Positions 57,051 to 64,000 of a stretch of 64,000 nt of DNA are shown here, in pieces; position 1 is the stretch's first letter, and each line of letters opens with the position of its first letter. This DNA comes from Paramoeba atlantica (lineage: Eukaryota > Protista > Discosea), in contig CDRNVI010000173.1 in assembly GCA_977017575.1 (NCBI GenBank), positions 54,732 through 118,731 on the forward strand. The letters are read 5' to 3'. A program made the translations under genes and the position numbers. The notes under the pieces are model-generated. The model saw only the letters and a list, made by a program, of their open reading frames with translations. It ran no database searches and was not told where the DNA came from.

Positions 57051-57344
57051 CAAAACAAAAATAACAAAAAAATAACGGAAAAAAGGCCAAAAATTCGAAA
57101 AGGGGTACTACAAAATAAAAACGCACTTTAATCAATAAAAAAAAGGTGGTTTTGGATTTTTTTGATTTAACGCCCCCGTTTTTGGCTGTTCGAAAAATAA
57201 AAACCTAATTTTTTTTTTGTTTTTCTGTTGAACTGGTTTCGGAGAAAGAGAAAAAGAAAAGAGAAATCTGGATGACAAACGACAAGAAAAGAGAGAAAGG
57301 GAAAAAATAGAAAAGAGAAGATAAAGAAAAAGAGAAAGAAAAAG

Positions 57345-60300
57345 ATGGAAAATCAGCTCAAAAATGGGGCTGTTCTGAAAGGAAAATGGAAAATTGTTCC
57401 CAGAAGACACTGCTGTGGTTTTTCTTTTCTTTTTTTTGCTTTGGTGGTTTCTTTTTTTCTCAGTTTTTTCTCAGTTTTTTCTTTTCTCAGCGACATTTGA
57501 TGGCATTTGGTATGGGAGAGATATTTTTACTGGTTTTTCTTTTTTTCTTTCTTCTTTCTTTCTTTTTTTCTTTGAATCCTTTGTCCCACTTTCTTTCCTC
57601 TGAAAAATGAGATTGAATAGGAGATCCTGTTGCCATAAAAGTGGAACCCGTTGTTTCAGAAAGACAACTTCTCAAAGTTGAAGTTGCGCTTCTCAGAAAA
57701 GTCCAAAGTTTGTCTGTTTCCTTTTATTAATTGTGTTTTTGTTTTGTTTTTTTCTCTTTTCTTTTTCTTCGTTTTCCTCTCTATCTCTTTCTTTCAAAAA
57801 TGAAAAACAAAGAAACAAAATATCTAGCATGTCCTTGGGTGGTTCCCTATCTTGGTTGTGGTCGCCACGGAGAGCATAACTTTCTTGTCATGAAAAGACT
57901 TGGAACAAACATTTCAGAATTGAGACGAATCCAATCAGGGCGATTCTCTATGACAACAACTTTAAAATTGGGAATCCAAATGATCAAAGGAATAGAAGGG
58001 ATTCATGATTTGGGAATGATTCATCGAGATATAAAACCTTCCAATTTTGCAATGGGGTTGGAAGAAACTCCCAAAAGACAGACTTGTTTTTTGCTTGATT
58101 TTGGGATTGGGAGAGTACATTTGCTTCCGAATGGTGCGCCAAGACCTCCTCGCGAGGAGGGTAATGGGTTTCGGGGGACCGCTCGTTATGCTTCGATTCA
58201 TTCACACCTCAACCAGGATCTTGGAAGGTTTTTTTTTAGTTATTGTTTTAATATCTTTTTTGAAGAATCTTTATCTTTTGAAGAATCACCTCTCACCTCC
58301 TCATATCTTCTGACAGACGAGACGATCTCTGGTCCCTCTTCTATTTATTGGTTGAAGCGGCATTAGGGGAACTCCCATGGAGAAAGCTCCGCAACAAAGA
58401 CCAAATTGGAGAAATGAAAGTAAATTGGAATAATGATGATTTGGTCGCAGGATTACCAGAAGAATTTCTTCTTTTTATGAGATATTTATCATCATTGGAA
58501 TACCAATCAAGGCCGGATTATACTTACTTGATTAATATGTTTGAGAATTTGTATATGCGATTAGGGGGAGATGAGACGACCCCTTATGATTGGGAGGAGA
58601 AAGCGGATCTTCCACTTCCTGTTGTGGAAGCTCGACCAATTCCTTCTTTGGTGGATTTTTCGTTTGTTAAGGTTAAAAAGTTTTTTCATTTCTTTTTCTT
58701 TTTGTATGTTATTTCTTTTTTCAACCACCACAACAATAATGAGAAAAAGAACAGCTGATGGCAAATTTTGAGACTCTTATTGAGAGTGCTGATCAATCAC
58801 TTTTGTTGAGGATTCCTTCTGAAATCAAAAAGAGAATGATTGAATTTCTTTTACGGTTCTTGTTTGCTCAAAGGGGCTCTGCAAGAAAGAAAGAGAAAGA
58901 GAAAGAGAAAGAAGAAGAAGAAGAGTTGAGAGAAGAGAGAAAGAAGAGTGGGGAAGAGAGATCTTCAAATTTGTTCATTCTTTATTATTTATTTATTTCC
59001 AATTAGATCAAAAGAAGGAAAATTTCCCCATAAAGAGAAATTGTTAAACAATCAGATGAAAGAATTGAACCTTGTTCAGTCTCAAATGAGTGTGGAGGAG
59101 TTGGGTTCTATTGCTCAAATTTTCACTGATCTTCGATCTCTTAAACTTGGTTTTTTTTTTTTTGTGATTTTTGAGATTTTGATAGTTCGATTTTTTCATA
59201 TTTTTTCTCCAAGGACAATGCACAGATGAAGTGGTAGTCAAATTTGTCGAAAAAAATCGACATTTAGAAGAAATTGTTCTCAACTCAAGTCGAATAACAA
59301 ACCAATGTCTCAAATCATTTTCAAATTGTCCAAAATTGAGATCCATTGAAATTATCAATAATAAGAAAATTGGGGATAAAGGGGTTGAGGTGGTTTTAAA
59401 GACCTGTGAAAATCTTGCTGAGGTTTCTTTCAAGAATTGTAAAAAGATTCAGGTTTTATTTTTTTAAAATTTGTTTCTTTATGAATCATTCTTATTTTAA
59501 TCTTAATTTTTTCCGAAAGGGGGGAGGATTTAAGCTTTCTGTGGAAGAAAAGAGCTCTTTGTCCAAAATTGATGTCTCTAATTGTCCTTTGGAGAGAGGG
59601 TTTGTTGTTGTTTTTTTTAATGGTTTTGCATCCATTCATTATTCTTCTCTTTCTGTTTTCTTCTTTCTCTCTCTTCCAGAGGTTTCAAACAATTGTTGAA
59701 GATTTCGAAGAATTTGGAAGTGTTAATTTTACGTCCTCTTATTTTGGAAAGAAAAATTGCTGAAAAAGGGTTGCCTTCTTTGATTCAAAGGTTTCTCGTT
59801 TTGTTTTTGTTCTTATTTTGTTGCTTTTTTTGTTGGTCAAATTTGCCATCCCCGTGGTTATTTTCTCTTTCTCTCTTTCTTTTCAAACCATTTTTAACTT
59901 TCTTTTTCAATCTGAATGTTAGATGTCAAACAATAAAGAGATTAGAACTTTCTGCAGAGTTGTCACAGGATCAATTGAGCAAAGTTCTGGTGAATATTTC
60001 ACAAAACTGCAAACAGTTGGAGGTTCTTCATATTGGAGCTCAAGTGTTAGTTGGTTTGTTTATTTTTTATTTGATCTTTTCTTTTTGTCTTTCTTTTCTT
60101 ATCCAAATTTTCAACTCAAAGGATGACTTTACAGAACAGATGGTTGATCTTCTGGTCCATTGCAAATATCTCAAAGAAATTTCAGTTTCACAAGAAAATG
60201 ATACTGGTATTCTCTTCTCTTTTCTTTTTTTTTCTTTTTTTTCCTTTAAATATGAACAGTCAAAAAATCAAATTTAATTAAATGAAAAAAACAGGACTTG

Positions 60301-61174
60301 TCGCCACAACACTCCTCAGACAACTAATCAATTGCTCTTCAATAAAAAGAGTACACATCAAATTTGGAGAGCCATTATATAAACTATCTTCTCTTTCCAA
60401 TTCTAATTTGAAGACTTTTCTTCATTCTCATGAATGGCTGAGTGAGTTGTCTTTGGTTGGATGGTTTGCTTTTTTTCAATATTTTTCTGATTGATGATTA
60501 TTTTTAAATTCCTTGAATGATTCCTTTTCATCCATTTTCTTCTTCCCTTTACTCCTCAAAATAGCCAAATTTTGGGACAAGAGTGTTGGCCGGACAAATG
60601 TTTTTTTCGAGTCCTGAAAAAATTAGATTTGTCAGATTGCATCCAACTTGAGGATGATATGATTTCTTGCGTGACGAAATCGACTCCTTTTTTGACAACT
60701 TTGAAGATTAACTGTTTGAATGGGCTTCATTGTGCCAGGTTATTTCGTTTCTTTTGACTTCTTCTTTCAAAAAATTCAAGTTTTGTTCTCTCTTGTTCTC
60801 TTCCCCTCTTTTCTTCTCTCTCCCTACAGTTTGGATTCAATAGCGCTACATTGTCCCCTGTTACGGGAATGTGAAATGAAGGGTTGTGTTTGTTTTCTGG
60901 ATGAAGATTTACTCTCTTTTCTGCAGCATCTCCCTCTTGTGTTTTTGCTGGGTTTGTTTCTTTGTCTCTTTTTCATCTCTCTCCCCCTTTTTCTTGAACG
61001 CTTTTCAAAATGTCTTTTTAACTTGAAGCAACAGTGACGCGGTACACAAAGAGAGACATAGTTGACAAAGAAATCAATTTTTCAAATGCAGAGGAAATAT
61101 TTAGGCATTACCCAAATGACCAAGATTTGATCCAATTGAGGATGCTTGATTTTCAAAAATCAATGGCTTGTTGA
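57345..61174 (+). CDS. CK1-family (TTBK-like) protein kinase fused to a BC-box/F-box-like segment and Cys-containing LRRs
   Basis: Kinase motifs VAIKVEP, LVMKRLG, IHRDIKPSNFAMG, LLDFG, FRGTARYAS, RRDDLWSLFY and LPWR. A phase-0 splice (GTT AAG|gttaaa ... aacag|CTG ATG GCA, near 58672 to 58755) continues into PSLVDFSFVKLMANF..LLRIPSEIKKRMIEFL. LRRs follow: LRSLKLGQCTD, CPKLRSIEIINNKKIGDKGV, LKKLDLSDCIQLEDD, CPLLRECEMKGCVCFLD. Confidence 0.8.
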
Positions 61175-61501
61175 AGTTGAAATTTTTTTTGGTGAAACCG
61201 TATGAACAAAAAAGAAATCCTTTCACAAAAAAAGCTTCATTGGTGGTTGTGCTCGAGCCAACTTGTTGCTTTTCTTTTTGAAAAAGTGGAGAGAGGAAAT
61301 CAAACCACTTTTATCTAAATATAGATAAATTGTTTTTTTGTTTTGTCTGTTTTCTCTCTTCCCTTTTTTCTTTCTGTTTTGTTCTTCTCTTTTTCTACTT
61401 TTCTATTTGTCCTTTTTTGTGTCAAACCCACCTTCTTTTTTTGCCTGTTTTTCTCTTTTCTTCAACACCTTTTCTCTTTTTTTTCCGCATAAAAGAAGAA
61501 G

Positions 61502-62946
61502 ATGGACGAAGCTGCTGTCAAAAAAGAACTGGATCAAGAAAAGGTTTCAAAAAATTGTTTTCTTCTCCTTTTCCTTCTCTTTCTTTCTCTTTTCTCTTTT
61601 GTCCTTTTTTGTGGCACACCCACCTTCTTTTTTTTTGCCTGTTTTTCTTTTTCTCTCTTTCTTCAATACCTTTCTAGAAGATAAAACAGAAGAAATTTCG
61701 TGAGAAACTTTTTGATGCTGTTGTGAAAGGGGATGAAGAACTTCTCAAAGTTGTTCTTCAAACAAAAGCTCACAAATATGATATTAATCTCGGAATCGCG
61801 GTTTCAAAAAAATTCTTTTCCTCTCTCTCTCTCTCTTTTCCTCTCCTTTGATTTAAAAAAACTCTTTTGTTAAGGGTGGAAACACTGCTCTTCACCTCGC
61901 TGCTTGGAAAGGTTATGAAGAGATTGTGAAAATTCTTGTTGAACATGGAATCAATGTTCATCTTCACGAGAAAGTTTTGATTTTCTTTTTTTTTTATTAT
62001 TATTATGATTTTTGTTTGGTTTTTTCTCATTTTATTTTGTTGTTGTTCATTCTTGGTTGTTCATTGTTGTTTTGGTGGTTGGGTTATGGTTCTTTTCACA
62101 ACCAACTTCTTTTTGTGATCCATTTATTTTGTTTTGTTCTTTTTTTTTAACAATTTCTTTTTGTTAAAGTATGGCTGGACTGCTCTTCACAAAGCTGCTT
62201 GGAAAGGTTATGAACAAATTGTGAAAATTCTTCTCGAACATGGAGCCAATGTTGATCTCCAAACTAAAGTTTTTATTTTCTTTTTCTTTGTTTTTTTGAC
62301 AAATATATATTATTGTTGAGTTATTTTGATGTAGATGGAGAGGGAGAGGTGGTTTGTGTTCTGTTTCTTTTTTTAAAAAACCTTCTGTTTTTGTTAAGTT
62401 GGGAGAGGCCGCTCTTCATTATGCTGCTTGGAATGGTTTTGAAGAAATTGTGAATATTCTTCTCGAACATGGAGCCAATGTTGATCTTCAAGACAAAGTT
62501 TTGATTTTTTTCTTTCTGTTTTTTTTTTTTTTTGATTTTGATATTTTGATATTCTTTATTTTTTCTTATTTTATTTATTGTGGTTAATTCCATGTTGCAA
62601 ATGTTTGTTTTTATTATTTTTTGTTTTTTAAAACTTCTTTTTGTTTCGGATTTTGTTATCTTTGGGAGGAGAGGGAGTTGGGGGGAGTGGTTCTTTTTTT
62701 TGAACTTTTTTTTTGTTTAGAATGGTCAAACAGCGGTTGAGGTTGCCAAAGATCAGAAAATTATTGAATTGATCAACACATTTCCAGAAAGGGTTCCATT
62801 TCTTTTTTCTCCAAATTTTGTTTCATTTTTTTTTTGTTTGGTGGATGAAGAAACTGAAAAAGAAAAGAAAGTTTCTCATTTTTTTTGTTTTCTCTTTTTT
62901 TGGTTTTGTGTAGGGTAAAAATATCAAACCAGCTCAAAGAAAATGA
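61502..62946 (+). CDS. Small ankyrin-repeat protein (7 phase-0 exons, three 99-nt core repeat exons)
   Basis: Exons MDEAAVKKELDQEK / KIKQKKFREKLFDAVVKGD.. / GGNTALHLAAWKG.. / YGWTALHKAAWKG.. / LGEAALHYAAWNG.. / NGQTAVEVAKD.. / GKNIKPAQRK*(TGA 62946). Confidence 0.88.
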
Positions 62947-63088
62947 GTTGAGTTTTTCATTCTTCGCAATTCAAGAAAAGCAAATAAATATTTTTTAATT
63001 TAAAACATTGTACAACATTTTCAGTATAAAATAAACAAAACAATCCAAAAAGAGAGAATCATGGTCATGGCAAATTGTGTTAAAAATG

Positions 63089-64000
63089 TCATTTCCAATC
63101 TTTTTCTCCCTCTTTTTCGCTTCTTTTTCGCTCCTTTGTTTTGAAAATAGAGAGAGATCTTTCTTGACAAATTGACTGGGGATGGAGAAATAAGTAATAA
63201 GTAAAAGAGAGAAAAGAAGAGAAAAGAGGAAAGAAGAGAAATAAAAGAAAAGAAAAGAGAAAGGAAAAGAACCTGAGAGACTGAACGAGCTTGAATAAAT
63301 TTCGACAACATATCTTTATCCTTTTTAACTGTACGATAGTCAAAATGTTGATATTGGAGAAAAGATTTAATTGTATCTCCAATTTTCTGTGAAAAAATCA
63401 TTATTGTTAAATTTACTTTTTTTCAATTTTTTTGAAATCAATTTTCTTATTTTTGAATTAATTGTTTGATATTTTTATCAAGAGGATCACAGCAAGTTAA
63501 GAAAGGAGAAGATTTTCTTTTTTTTTTTTCAAACAAACCAGGAGGTAGGAGACGTCAACAATTTGCTTTGATTTTCTTTGATTCTCATCATACAATAACC
63601 TCAATTCGTTCAACTATTTTTGAAATAATTAAATGAAATCAAAAAATAATTAAATTAAAAGAAAACAAATAATAAAACCTTTGGAGCAAACCAAGGGAGA
63701 ATGGGTGGTTTTTCAGATTCCAACATCTTTTGATATTTTTCAACCCCAAATTTTGATGAAAACATTGCCCAAAAGATATGAAATCTCTTGTTGTACTGGA
63801 AAAGAGAAAGAAGGAGAGAGAGAGGAATGAGAAAGAGAAAGGAAAGGCGAATAAGAACAAAATTGAGCAAAAAAGAATAAAAAAGAGAAAAAAGAGAGGA
63901 GGGAGAGGAAAGAGTGAAAGAGGAAAGAGAAAGAAAGAGAAAGAAACAAAACTGAAGAACTCAAAGATTGCCATAATGGTTTCAAACGACGAATTGAAGA
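63089..64000 (-). CDS. 3' part of a RasGEF (CDC25-homology)-like gene, cut by the window edge
   Basis: SSIRRLKPLWQSL (cf. RLKKTW); YQKMLESEKPPILPWFAPKLNELRLLYDEN (cf. PPCIPFLG..L.DL..IDEGN); KIGDTIKSFLQYQ; ends ERSLSIFK..DWK* at 63089. Confidence 0.65.

Overview
This is AT-rich, intron-dense, microsatellite-rich eukaryotic nuclear DNA in the standard genetic code (TAA, TAG and TGA all end genes). It is probably from a protist; an amoebozoan-like host is inferred from the class I-type PI3K, RasGEF and mitochondrial MIP. Most ORFs in the supplied track are low-complexity or intronic artefacts, so genes were rebuilt by hand from GT-AG junctions. Bases 1-40,119 are a rapidly evolving two-family cluster. 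It holds eight TRIM-like genes (T1-T8: NLS-rich head, RING, B-box1, B-box2, coiled coil, six-bladed NHL propeller) in mixed orientations, with five tandem ankyrin-repeat genes (A1, B1, C, A2, B2) between T7 and T8. The ankyrin genes use roughly one repeat per exon, and every junction traced is phase 0. TRIM scaffolds are almost invariant while the ligand-face NHL residues differ between copies and are mosaic. Ankyrin copies vary in repeat number by exon-pair duplication, and one exon has diverged more than its flanking introns. The two families have exchanged upstream regions at both array ends, and several copies are truncated or pseudogenised. Together this suggests an undescribed cell-autonomous recognition/ubiquitination (immune-like) locus; the function is inferred. 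Bases 40,534-64,000 hold compact single-copy genes: MIP, a small UBL protein, a WIPI3/4-like PROPPIN that has lost lipid-binding site 1, a thioredoxin-like protein, a class I-like PI3K with DFA in place of DFG, a degenerate UBL remnant, a TTBK/CK1 kinase apparently fused to a BC-box/F-box-like plus LRR module, a small ankyrin gene and the 3' end of a RasGEF-like gene.
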